A stretch of DNA of 63,949 bases, filler included, from Stramenopiles sp. TOSAG23-3 (lineage: Eukaryota), in NCBI GenBank assembly GCA_900128585.1. It is 12 parts of 12 records of this genome, joined end to end, with 100 filler letters (N's around TTAATTAATTAA, not from the genome) between each part and the next. Parts side by side here need not be neighbours in the genome. Positions count along the whole stretch, not along the records: positions 40,386 to 46,990 come from LT643284.1; positions 47,091 to 53,694 come from LT643285.1; 10 more parts are not named here. One strand, written 5' to 3'. The position numbers and the translations under genes were made by a program. Shown piece by piece: positions 42,289 through 52,931 of this stretch; position 1 is the first letter of the stretch, and the number at the start of each line of letters is the position of its first letter. The notes beneath the pieces were generated by a model that saw nothing but the letters and a program-made list of their open reading frames with translations, made no database searches and was not told the DNA's origin.

Positions 42289-42541
42289 ACGTCGTAATGT
42301 AGATTAGTAGTTAATGAAACAAATATTAAGGGAATTTATTAATAAAATACTATTCTCGAAAACCAATTAGACGTGCCTTGCACACACATCTTAGACCCTG
42401 CGGAACAAACCTCCCACCCTTTAAGATTACATTGTGTTGTAGTTGTACTATATAGGAGCAACACCAAGAATGTTGTGTTTTAGAATATGATAGAAACTAT
42501 TCGTTCGGCCGTACCCGGCCAGTGAGTTACTTCGGTTTTAC

Positions 42542-42629
42542 TTAAAAAACAAAAACTTGGCTGTTATTTTGAAGTAGTTAAAATTTATCGTCTTCACTTA
42601 CTGCGAACTTGTCTCTGCTCCTGAGACTG
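42542..42629 (-). repeat. Longest copy of the 3'-end repeat, linking its two modules
   Basis: Minus strand reads AGTCTCAGGAGCAGAGACAAGTTCGCAGTAAGTGAAGACGATAAATTTTAACTACTTCAAAATAACAGCCAAGTTTTTGTTTTTTAA. Confidence 0.85.
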
Positions 42630-42859
42630 TACTAATCAATATATACATTTGTCACCTAGTCTTGACTATCATTCTCACATGTGTACTCCATGCATGATCC
42701 GAATCGGTGTGTCGATTAGCGTCGATGCCAAAGGGCCCGTAGTCACAACTTCCTCATCCCGTTTTACATTCTTCATTTTTGCCTCAAATGTACTGCGATG
42801 TGTTTCTGCACATTCGCTTTCCTCTTGTTACACTATCGCTCTAAAACAATTGAATCTAC

Positions 42860-44530
42860 TTATCCTCGCTTTCCTTGTCTTGTGCTCCCAGTTGGTGCGC
42901 CAGGAACAAACGCCACTTCATAAAATTCAACGCCAACAACTATATTTGTTCCGGAGTTACAAGAGTAACTTACTTCTATGCCGTTAGCCGTCGAGGATGT
43001 CGACGTTGCTCCGTACAGAGGAGTATCCAAGCTGCTGCAAGATTCGTTCTGTGCACCATTGCTCGCGTTTTCACCTTTAGTGGGTAAAAACTCTCTCCCA
43101 GACATTAAAGAGCATTGCAGATTGTACGCGGACCACTCTCCACTTCTCTGACACATAGTGGACGTGTTTCCACCAGTAAAATTCTCGTTGCAGACAAACG
43201 TTACGTTAGCAGGGAATGCATTGTGCACTCCAATTCGAGTGGAATTAACAGGAGTCTGTATCAAATCACAGAATGTTGGAAACTGTCCTGTTTCCGAGTC
43301 CGTTGGCTCCTTTCCTATGAAAAGGGGGATATGCGAATAGTCGATGTGGTCTTCTGTGAAGCCTGAGGTAATTTTTGGGGTGCTTTCGATGGTAAGGGAA
43401 AATGCGTCATTCAGTCCAAGAAAAGAGCCACCATGCTCGTAAGTGTTCCTATCTATTATTTTCTCCATTGAGTCATCAAATAAAGAGGGTGCCGCCAAGG
43501 TATCCGGTGAGCACGTTCTCATCAAATTGGACTGCAAGACCGAAGGCCACACGGTTTTGTTCAAATTAAAGTCCACCACAGAATCACTGATAAATGGGAG
43601 AGTCGAAAAATTGCAATAGCACTGAACGTTTTGCAGTTGGATTTCAAATGTTTCGTCCGGTTCACCTTCATTGTCGTCCAGAGTTTTTATGTACAGTTCC
43701 GTATGACCGGTGCCCCACTCTATTGGAGTATTGCTACCATGCATTGTAAATTCCTGCTTTGTGGTGTTTATAGCGATGTCCAGATCGCTTGCGGTCCCGG
43801 TGTAGGTTTCTCCGTCGGCTTGCATCACTGGGGTTATATGGACAGAAATTTGAGGGTAAGCTGCTGAAAAATCCGCGCTGGAACTAGCAGTTGCATTTAC
43901 TTTAATTGCAGATCTTTCAAAGCCAAAAAAATCTTTCTTCCCAAAATTTACAGTAACATCTCCATCGTCTTGAATTGTTACGATTGCGACAGCTTTGGCA
44001 CCAAGTTGCGGGGAGCAGTCCAGGTTCTGAGGCTGAACATCAGACAGTACTACAGCAAACGTTTCATTCAGTTCAAAATATTTGTCATTTAAAATGGCGA
44101 TTGAAATAACTTTTTTATCTTCATTGTTACTAAACGAAACCTGTTGGTTGTTGACTACGGTATAATCAGAGTTTGCGGTCGCGGGGACGGCGCCAGATGG
44201 CAAGTTTGCGTCGTCGGATGAAGTGCTGTATTTCATGAATGCAGCCCCTAATGTGCCCCCCACTCTCTCTATAGTCAACTGCACCTGAGTAGTTCCTTCC
44301 AAAATGATGCCCGGATCTTCTTTAAATTGGAAAGACCCCTTGGTGCATAACCGCCTTCTCTTGTTCCCAAGTATGGAATTCAATATGGACGATAACCAAG
44401 AACCACTAGTATACGCGCTGCTTCTGACACCTCCCACTGCCCCATCTACACTGAAAACTAGCACGACAAACAACAGCAACAATTTCAACAAAAGGTACAC
44501 CAGTGCTCTGTCTCTGCGTACCATGTCCAT
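42860..44530 (-). CDS. Secreted or surface protein with Calx-beta and Sushi/CCP domains; 3' end possibly degenerate
   Basis: Signal peptide; LTIERVGG…DYT…ILNDKYFELNETFAVVL; DDNEGEPDETFEIQL; VTFVCNENF…CQRSGEWS. Confidence 0.8.
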   Translation of the reverse strand: MDMVRRDRALVYLLLKLLLLFVVLVFSVDGAVGGVRSSAYTSGSWLSSILNSILGNKRRRLCTKGSFQFKEDPGIILEGTTQVQLTIERVGGTLGAAFMKYSTSSDDANLPSGAVPATANSDYTVVNNQQVSFSNNEDKKVISIAILNDKYFELNETFAVVLSDVQPQNLDCSPQLGAKAVAIVTIQDDGDVTVNFGKKDFFGFERSAIKVNATASSSADFSAAYPQISVHITPVMQADGETYTGTASDLDIAINTTKQEFTMHGSNTPIEWGTGHTELYIKTLDDNEGEPDETFEIQLQNVQCYCNFSTLPFISDSVVDFNLNKTVWPSVLQSNLMRTCSPDTLAAPSLFDDSMEKIIDRNTYEHGGSFLGLNDAFSLTIESTPKITSGFTEDHIDYSHIPLFIGKEPTDSETGQFPTFCDLIQTPVNSTRIGVHNAFPANVTFVCNENFTGGNTSTMCQRSGEWSAYNLQCSLMSGREFLPTKGENASNGAQNESCSSLDTPLYGATSTSSTANGIEVSYSCNSGTNIVVGVEFYEVAFVPGAPTGSTRQGKRG

Positions 44531-45717
44531 TTTGCTATTTTTTCCGAAAGAACTGAACTATCCTTTTCTTTTACAGAGCAATAACTTGGTAGACAAAAAA
44601 GTTACGCCGCCACAATGGATGTCCTCACAGCATTCAAATGATCAATTTCGGTCCTTACTATTCCTTATCGCTTGCTCTGTTTTTCAATTTAATTGATCAA
44701 ATAATATACATACTGTACATTTAAATTTTTAGTATTCACACTTTTCTTCGTCTCCTGGAAGGAAATCATGACATTCTCTTCTTCTCGCTCCTCCTCTCTC
44801 TCCTCCTCCTCTTCTTCTTTTTAATAATTTTCTTCTTCTTTCTTCTTCTTCTTTTTTTTAATTTTATTATCATTTTTTCTTCCATTGTCATTATATTGCT
44901 GCTAGCTAAGCTTATAGAGCTTCTGATTATATCGTTCTTCTCTCCACATAATCATCTTTTCGTTGCTTCGTAAAGTAAGGATATCATTGTATACGGGACA
45001 TACTACTACTCCACCGTGTTGTTTATTTTATCGTATCTACTACGTAGCAAAGCATTAAGAAAAGAAAAAATAATTTGTTTTTTAAATTAAAATTAAATAC
45101 TTTTGCCTTAATGTTATCGAAGAGGCTCTCCTAACTTCTCTCTCCCTCCTCCTCCACACTTTTAAAATTTCGATTTAAATCCGGTATTTTTTTATTATTA
45201 GCTAGTCGTCTGTCTATATGTTGTATTGTTAAATACATAAATACGCTTACTACTACATATACTCAACATCAATAGTACATTCAATATTATATTATAAATA
45301 ATATATACTTAACGAAGGGCAATGTTACGAATTCAAGAGCATTTGAGTATTTGAGTACAATGTTGTTATCATTTAATACATTCTGTAGACGACTATAATG
45401 TTAGGTACAACATTTGGTTTGTGGACTTTACAAAGTTTTCTGAAGGAGGGAGAAGGGATGGAGGGATTTATAATAAAAAAAATAAAAAAATAGGAAAAAA
45501 AAGTATATTATAAGAAAGAACAGAGATCACAGAGAGATTAAACTCTCCTCTTGAGTAATCGTATTTTATGAAACAATGTATCGATAGTCATTATGCATAG
45601 TTCAAATTCAAAAATTATTTAAAGAAACAGAACAATTTACCCTCGACCCAATTAGAAATCCGTTAGATCGAATTCAAAACGTCAAGCTCAATGCGTCGTT
45701 GCAATTGATCGTTTGTG

Positions 45718-46990
45718 ATGGAGAAAGGGATCAAATACAAACCGTGCAGATCGACAGTCTATCCCCCGTCAGGTTTTGTCCTTGAAAAACACAAGGAGCT
45801 TTTAGATTTGCCAGATGAATCCCTTGTTTTAGACTACGTGTATGGGTACAGCGTTCGCTCATGCTTAGGGACATCTCTATTTTGCACCTTTGACGGGCGA
45901 TTGGTGTACCCGGCCAGCGCAGTGATTGTGATTCATAGTGTTAGAATAAACAGGCAAGACCACTTTTTGAATCATGAGGATGAAATTACTGCGCTTGCGA
46001 TGCACCCGAACGGGAGAATCTTTGCCAGCGGTGAAACGGGGTTTAAGCCACGGGTGTTCGTGTGGGACGCGGGGTCGCTTGAAGGCGACATGGTCAAGGT
46101 CATCGGTTCGCCGATGTATATGCAGGAACGAAGCGTTAGTGTTGCAGCGCTTCAGTTTAGCAACGACGGTAAATATTTGGTTGGAATAGGGAACGACAAC
46201 AACCACATGGCTCGAATTTGGCAATGGGAGAACGGGTTGATGGTCTTTGAAGGCCGTTCCGCCCAAGCACCGGTTCGAGGGATATCGTTCTTGCATGAGC
46301 ATCATGTATCAGGAACAGACAGTTGCAATTATGCCTTTGTAAGCGTCGGAAACAAGCACGTTCGTTTTTGGACGATGTCGAGACGGCAGCTGAGCACAAA
46401 ATGGAACGTTGACTCAAACACGTCCAACTTTAAGTACATAATTCATTGTGTTTGTCATACACCATTTGGGGTGTGCGTCATCGGCGATTCAAATGGCTCC
46501 ATCTTGCTGTATGACCAGCCCCGAAAGGACCCCCTTCCCGGGCGTTCGGTTGAGGACTTGCCTCCCCGAGGACCGCGAGGGCTCCTTATTGGGAAAGTGG
46601 ACAAAGCCCACGCAAAAGGAGTCACCGCAATATCGTACAACCATGTATTAAACAATGGAATGTTTGCCACTGGCGGGGGTGATGGGACAGTAACCATTCG
46701 AACCTTGAGAAAGAGGGATGAAGACGGGGCAGTCATGCACAAATCTCTCATATCGTTTAATTTGAGTCAATTTTCGACCGTGAAAAAAGATACTGTGAAG
46801 TGTTTGGTCTGGGGAATGGAAAGTAGAGCAAACCTGGAAGATGCCATCTTGTTGAAATCCAGCGGGCCGCCCGGCAAAAAAAAGATGAAACGGATGTCAA
46901 CCAAAAAGGGGGGTAACAAAGAAGCGTCTCCATTTATGAAGCGTGCAGAAAGGCCTTCGGGGCGAAGTAAACAAAAAGAGAAACCTCGCA
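45718..46990 (+). CDS. EMAP/EML-like WD40 protein with HELP motif (3'-truncated; last 79 bp possibly chimeric)
   Basis: LVLDYVYGY, HEDEITALAMHP, ASGETG, VGNKHVRFW, FATGGGDG. Confidence 0.85.
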
Positions 46991-47092
46991 NNNNNNNNNN
47001 NNNNNNNNNNNNNNNNNNNNNNNNNNNNNNNNNNTTAATTAATTAANNNNNNNNNNNNNNNNNNNNNNNNNNNNNNNNNNNNNNNNNNNNCG

Positions 47093-47917
47093 TTGCGCCT
47101 GCACCGGCAGCGGGAACCGTTTGCCCATGCCCAGAACCGTTTCGGTATCACGGAAGAGGAAAGCCTGACGGAGCCCGTCCCGTTCGTAGTCCACCGGCGA
47201 GTGCGGGGCTGGAAACTGACCTCCCCGTACCCGGGAAACAACCAGCTGAGCCGGAGCAGTTTTGTGCCCACCAACGCCCCGATGAACGCGATGGTGCGCC
47301 ACAAGCGCCTGACCGCGGAGGACATCATGCAAGAGCAGCACGCCCAGCTGGCCGGGGACCCTTCGCTTCTGCAGCCAATGATGGACCCGCTCGCGCAGGT
47401 CTTGGAAGAGGAGCGCAGGGCGCGCGTGAAACTCCGCCAGACGGCAGCGGTCATGGAGACGTTCGACCGCTGGCAGCGTGGCCGGGCCACGAAACCGTGG
47501 CGCTCGGGGCACGCGTGGGACCAGCCTCACCCAGAACTACCGTTTGAGCAAAGTGGAGACTTCCGCTCCATGAGTTCCACCCCATCCGCGTACGCCGCGA
47601 TGGTCCGTGCGTCTGCCCAGGACAGGGCCATGGAGAACGAGGAGACGAAGTTCAACTTGGTCGCAAAGCTGACACCGGTGGACGAAGAGCAAGGGATCGG
47701 GTACGAAACCCACGTCGTTCCGACGGCCATGGCCAGCGATGGGCAACCGTACGACAACGGCATGATGGACCAGTACACCGATGGCCCAGGGGGCGAAGCC
47801 TACCTGGCCCATTTGCTGGAAAAACGTGCGGTTCTGCAACCCACGGAACGGAAGGACCAGTTCCAAGAAGACGAAGAAGAATGGATGGAGGGAGAAGGAA
47901 ACGAACGGTTTGAATGA
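47093..47917 (+). CDS. Hypothetical protein, 3' fragment
   Basis: Frame open from the contig edge; GC-rich coding-like composition; acidic tail. Confidence 0.6.
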   Translation: MRLHRQREPFAHAQNRFGITEEESLTEPVPFVVHRRVRGWKLTSPYPGNNQLSRSSFVPTNAPMNAMVRHKRLTAEDIMQEQHAQLAGDPSLLQPMMDPLAQVLEEERRARVKLRQTAAVMETFDRWQRGRATKPWRSGHAWDQPHPELPFEQSGDFRSMSSTPSAYAAMVRASAQDRAMENEETKFNLVAKLTPVDEEQGIGYETHVVPTAMASDGQPYDNGMMDQYTDGPGGEAYLAHLLEKRAVLQPTERKDQFQEDEEEWMEGEGNERFE

Positions 47918-48569
47918 ACGCCGCAGAGAAGGTGTGATCGATGGATATCGTATCTTATAAGACAAATCAAGCTTCTCCAAGTTTGGCATTGTGCTTAAGG
48001 CCGGAGCGATTGTTCGGACGTTTTGTGGGGCTCAATCGGAGAGGTCTGGTGTACATTTATGCACACCTAAAGAAATTTTCAAATGCGTATAGTAGATAGT
48101 AGAAGACGACTAAATGAATCTTCTTAGAGAGAGAATTAAATGTTTAACGCAATATTAAGAACCCATACATACACCATACACACAGCACTCATAATAATAA
48201 TGTATTTAATCCTTTATTTTATATTTTTACTTATATTTCCTTAATTGATTCAAAATAAATCCGTTCAACTTCTTTTTTCTTTCTTTTCTTTCTTCTCTTT
48301 TCTTTCTTCTTTCTTCTTCTTCTCTTCTTCTGCTGAGAGAGAAGAGAGTGAGTGTGGTAAATGAAATGTTTGATTGTATACATTGATTGAATCAAATTAA
48401 AAATAGTAAAGCTGTCGTTTTCTTTGGTTATTTAACACGTTCGTTCTTTAGTTAGTTAGTTTGTTTGTGTTTTTTCTGATATACAATCTGTTATTCTTTT
48501 TTCTCTGGACGTCCCACCCTCAACCCCGTGTTCGTTCTACCTTCCCGTACTTTACATAACTAACGAACC

Positions 48570-49631
48570 ATGCAGGACGCGATGACACTGACCCGAACCG
48601 TGTCCATGTTGACGTCGGTGTATACGACAGTGGAAGCACCTTTCTTTGCGAGAACGTCGGACTTATCGGCAGAGTGGGAGCTCAAAGTATCGACTATTTT
48701 GTCGGAGAACGGTGGGAATGTAGAGGACGCCTTGCTTGCCTTAGGGTTGAACCTGACCGATGAGCAAAAAGAAAAGTACTGCCAGCAGGGTTTGAAAAAG
48801 TCGTTTGCAGGTTGGCTCAAGGAGTCCGCAGCGGGGAAGAGGGGGCAGGGGAGTGTCGAAGTGAATGACGGCGAAGGGGAAGAAGAAGAGGACGCAGACC
48901 CGGACCCAGCGGGCGATGGGGAAGAGGGTGAGGAGAAAACGCCAGAGAAGAAGAAACTACTAGGCTACGGCAACACGGACCCGGACGAGTTCTTCACCTT
49001 CTTTTCACACGCCTTCGCCCACCCCGTGCAGTACGGGGAAGACCTGCGGTTGGCGGCGGCAAGGGGGGAGAACGATGTAGTGGCGGCATTTATTAGAAGG
49101 GGTTGCGACCCCAATGCTGGCGATGGGTTGGGGTGGACGGCAATTCACCATGCGGCCCAATATGGGTGGGTGAAAACGATTGATGTGATTGTCGAAACCC
49201 ACGGTCGGGAGAAAATGGACTTGGACGCGCAAGACAAGAAAGGGTGGACGGCGTTTATGAATGCCATCGCGAATAGTGAGAAAGGCTGTGCCCAAAAGCT
49301 GATACAGCTTGGGGCAGATACAAACGTGGCCTCTTGGTATGGTCGAAATGCAATGCACATCGCAGCGATGAAGGGGTTGGAAGACATGGTGCGATTTTTA
49401 ACGTCCGCGAATGGGAAACTCATGGAAGGGCATGACAAGGCAGGCTGGACCCCACTCTTTTGTGCCGTGCAGCACGACGAGCTCAAGATAGTAAAAATCC
49501 TGGTGGCATCTGGGTGCAACATAGACGCAGAGGACCATTTAGGGAAAACGGCAATTGCGTACGGCGATGATTTGGCAGAAGCCACTATTAACGGGACCGC
49601 TCCAGCGAGCCCCAGGTCGCCCAGAAAATAG
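48570..49631 (+). CDS. Ankyrin-repeat protein
   Basis: GWTAIHHAA, GWTAFMNA, GRNAMHIAA, GWTPLFCA. Confidence 0.92.
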   Translation: MQDAMTLTRTVSMLTSVYTTVEAPFFARTSDLSAEWELKVSTILSENGGNVEDALLALGLNLTDEQKEKYCQQGLKKSFAGWLKESAAGKRGQGSVEVNDGEGEEEEDADPDPAGDGEEGEEKTPEKKKLLGYGNTDPDEFFTFFSHAFAHPVQYGEDLRLAAARGENDVVAAFIRRGCDPNAGDGLGWTAIHHAAQYGWVKTIDVIVETHGREKMDLDAQDKKGWTAFMNAIANSEKGCAQKLIQLGADTNVASWYGRNAMHIAAMKGLEDMVRFLTSANGKLMEGHDKAGWTPLFCAVQHDELKIVKILVASGCNIDAEDHLGKTAIAYGDDLAEATINGTAPASPRSPRK

Positions 49632-49786
49632 GACGGGGCCGTTCTGAATGTGTATTTTAGTATCTCATAAAAATAATAAACTGAACGTCACGGGTGAAAA
49701 GTTCACCCCGTTTTTTAATAAAAATACAAATTGTGGCAAAACGTAGTTGTGTTTAGTTGTTAGTTTACCCGTAATAATATTCTCTA

Positions 49787-49847
49787 AAAGAAAACAATAA
49801 TGGCTGTTAGCTACTTAGGTAATTAAAACAAAAAATTGGCTGCTAAC
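49787..49847 (-). repeat. Two degenerate tandem copies of the 3'-end repeat
   Basis: AAAACAATAATGGCTGTTA…GTAATTAAAACAAAAAATTGGCTG. Confidence 0.65.
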
Positions 49848-49880
49848 AGGCTTAATCTCCCCCCCCCTCCCCTTCCCTAG

Positions 49881-52800
49881 TCAAAACCGGCACCCGCGGT
49901 GTCGCAACGCATGGGCCAAATCTACCAGTACGACCGCATCCAAAGCGGCGTAGTCAAGTTGGCTTGTCGACAATGGACGTTGGCACCAATTGCTGCACTG
50001 TTCCGTTTTGTCCAATGATAGACCAGGAAAACACGTTTCCACGACTGTTTTCAGGCCTACCGATTGTCCGCGTGCACGAATGTGGCCCTTTTCGGAGGCC
50101 ACAAACGCTGATGCAACAGGCTGCAAGTCAAACACAAGCTTTGATTGCGATTGGATTCCTGGGCAGATCTTGTTGAGCTGTGGCCAGTCATGATCAAATG
50201 AAAACCCAATTTTTAGTATTTTTTCAGAAGTCAGCACCCACCGAAGGACTTCCTTGACTTCGCTGCAACAGTCCATAGTATCCATCAGCCATGCCTCCTC
50301 GACCGTTCCAATTTGAACCAACGCACAGCCCGCACCCCCGTCGCCCCACTCCGTGTCAACTCCCAGGACTAGCGACGATTTCAACATTGCCGCTTCCATT
50401 CTGCCCTTCAACTGCGACGCAGACGCAGGGCTGTCCACCCAGTGCGTGCAGGAGTGCGGCAGCCGGTGCTGAACGAAAGAGAGGCTCTCGTCGTCGCACT
50501 GGGATTGGTAAAATGGCATAATAGAGTCCCAGTGAATCGCCATGGAAGCAGCAACTGCGGCGTTCAGCGCTTCCGAGGGTTGTGCCACCTTTTCCGGTCT
50601 TGGCGGCGTGGTGGTGGTGCACGGGGGCGGCTCCACAGCCCCATTCTGTTTTGCCTGCATTGCAGAGAGAGTCCGCTCTGCCACAGCGTCCGGACAAATC
50701 TCAAGATACCATAGGGGTAAAGTACTATTAACCCCTTGCATTTGAAAGAAAACACCGGCCCAATCCGCCATCTGGTCGACGGCACGAGGAAATGCAGGGT
50801 GAAGATTCCATGGATATACCCGAAGAAAATCCACGGACAGGATCGTTTGGACTGCGCTCTGGACGATCTTTCTTGTAGTCTTTACAATTCTGCGAACGTA
50901 TTTTGTCGACATACTGACACTCTTGGACATGCTATCGTTCTGCGATTCCATGACTTTCTGTATTGTGTGGAGTAAAAGGGGTTGTTCGGACACGGACACA
51001 GAGAACAGAAACAGTCCCATACTCCCTAGACTATCGCAGACGATCGCGACGCCAGCGTCCAAGTCCTTCTGCATGTTGTCGTACAAATCACGCGTTTGCA
51101 TGTTTGATAATTTGCTCCGTCTCACACGGAGTATGATTTCAAACAACGTAGCATCGACGATTGGTTGCAGGGCCTGTTTCAACGCACTTGCTTTGTTTTC
51201 GGACAACACGAGCAGGTTGGCGTCTTCTAGGACACCTTTCGATGCAATCAGTTGGGCCTGGAGCGCGTCAGCTATCGGCGGAAGTTCCACCGGTTGCTTC
51301 GTTGGTACAGCAGGCGCCTCTCCCGCCAACACGCGTTTCTCTTCCTCTTCGTGGAAACGCACGACCCACGGAAGAAGGCCAGACACGGACGCTTTCTCCA
51401 CAAAACTATGCTGGCCCAACTGCCGAGGCCACCAGCGCTCTTTGTTGTTGTCGTGCGCTTTCCCCCGGTCTTCCCGGCCGCGATTGGTGTGATCAGTTGC
51501 GTTCACGCAGACTTCTTGCAGCACAACAGGGTGTCGCAGGTCGATGGGCGGGTACCGACCTGGACGACCGACCGCATTGTCAGCGTCTAGAAAACGAGCG
51601 TCCAGATCCCCATACGCTATACCATCGCTATGGGAGTATCTGAAATTTTCCCACAACCGTGCGCCGTCTCTCTCCGCCCGTTCCAACTGTTCTGTCTCAC
51701 TGGCTTTGACCATACCGATCGTTGCCGGATCCAAGTGACTTATTGCTAAACTGCGCGGAGTTTGCCCTTTGTTGTTCACCAGGTTTACCCTTGCCCCCGC
51801 CTCCAGCAGCACGCGAACAACCTCGTCTCTGCATCGGGTGATGGCATAAAATATCGCTGTTTTCCCATAATTTCCTGCTTTCTTTGTAAAATAGTCGACG
51901 TCTGCTCCACGTTCCAGAAGCAGCGTTACGTTGCCCACCGCCCCTCTCCATGCTGCCAGCATTAGTGCACTTCTTCCCGCCCGACTCAGACTCTCCACGT
52001 CCCCGCCTATGTCCAATAGCCGGCGGAGAACTTCTGTGTCTTTCCCACTGGCCGCTTTCCTCACTTTTGAAGGGCTTGCTTCGTCTTCCTGCTGCTGTTC
52101 CACTTCGTGCCGACGCGGTTTGGTGTAAATGGTACCGATATCGATCTTTTCGCCCTTGATCAGGGCTACTGCGATTGCCTGGCAATTTCTGCACCCAGTC
52201 GCGTGGTGCAATTGCTCCGAAATGGCTTCTTCGTTCGACGTGTAGTCGCTACCATCCTCCGGGTTTTCCAGCTCTGCCAAATTCTCCATACGGATGGTCA
52301 AGTCGTCCCGGTACGTCTCAATATGGGCGTGTGCAAGCATGAGCGGTGTTTCTCCAAGCACTGTTCTGACGTGTACCTTTGCCCCTTGGTCCAAGAGGAC
52401 GTCAATGTTGCGGTACCGCCGTTTCGCAATTGCAAAGCATAGCGACGACTGTCCGCGAACTGCGAGGGCCTGCACGTCCGCGCCCCTCTGAATCAAATAC
52501 CTCACCATGTTTGGGCCACCGTGTTGACTAGCAAAGTGCAGCGCCGTTTTCTTATTTACATTGCCTATGTTGATGTATTTTTGGATGGACACGCCGACGC
52601 GATCGGCGACCTTTATCACCCTTTGCATGTCCAAAAATTGGTTCTTTTTCGCGCACTTTCGAAGCCACCGTGCAACTTCCCCAGTGTCGGACTTTCTAAA
52701 CAGTTCCTCCAGTTCATCCTCCGCAAGGTGGCACTCTGGTCGAAGCGTTATCCTTGTGCTGCCATCTTGCAGGTCTTGAATTTTATAGCCTTTGGCGTCA

Positions 52801-52931
52801 AGTTTGGAACGGCATCGGTCAGCAACGAGCCAATCCCCCTGCGACCTTGCATCATTTCGTCTCAAAACCAACGACTCCGCCTCTGAATCGATGTAGTACT
52901 TGCTATCCTCTGCCGCTAGGAGCACTGCCAT
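49881..52931 (-). CDS. Ankyrin repeats plus a C-terminal DEDDy 3'-5' exonuclease (MUT-7/EXD3-like)
   Basis: KTALHFAS, GRSALMLAA, GKTAIFYA; LGVDTEW, FSFDHD, EQCSNWCQRPL…YAALDA. Confidence 0.88.
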   Translation of the reverse strand: MAVLLAAEDSKYYIDSEAESLVLRRNDARSQGDWLVADRCRSKLDAKGYKIQDLQDGSTRITLRPECHLAEDELEELFRKSDTGEVARWLRKCAKKNQFLDMQRVIKVADRVGVSIQKYINIGNVNKKTALHFASQHGGPNMVRYLIQRGADVQALAVRGQSSLCFAIAKRRYRNIDVLLDQGAKVHVRTVLGETPLMLAHAHIETYRDDLTIRMENLAELENPEDGSDYTSNEEAISEQLHHATGCRNCQAIAVALIKGEKIDIGTIYTKPRRHEVEQQQEDEASPSKVRKAASGKDTEVLRRLLDIGGDVESLSRAGRSALMLAAWRGAVGNVTLLLERGADVDYFTKKAGNYGKTAIFYAITRCRDEVVRVLLEAGARVNLVNNKGQTPRSLAISHLDPATIGMVKASETEQLERAERDGARLWENFRYSHSDGIAYGDLDARFLDADNAVGRPGRYPPIDLRHPVVLQEVCVNATDHTNRGREDRGKAHDNNKERWWPRQLGQHSFVEKASVSGLLPWVVRFHEEEEKRVLAGEAPAVPTKQPVELPPIADALQAQLIASKGVLEDANLLVLSENKASALKQALQPIVDATLFEIILRVRRSKLSNMQTRDLYDNMQKDLDAGVAIVCDSLGSMGLFLFSVSVSEQPLLLHTIQKVMESQNDSMSKSVSMSTKYVRRIVKTTRKIVQSAVQTILSVDFLRVYPWNLHPAFPRAVDQMADWAGVFFQMQGVNSTLPLWYLEICPDAVAERTLSAMQAKQNGAVEPPPCTTTTPPRPEKVAQPSEALNAAVAASMAIHWDSIMPFYQSQCDDESLSFVQHRLPHSCTHWVDSPASASQLKGRMEAAMLKSSLVLGVDTEWGDGGAGCALVQIGTVEEAWLMDTMDCCSEVKEVLRWVLTSEKILKIGFSFDHDWPQLNKICPGIQSQSKLVFDLQPVASAFVASEKGHIRARGQSVGLKTVVETCFPGLSLDKTEQCSNWCQRPLSTSQLDYAALDAVVLVDLAHALRHRGCRF

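Noticed and set aside
49687-49716. Hairpin plus T-run resembling a Rho-independent terminator
   Set aside because: Eukaryotic context, imperfect stem, single instance
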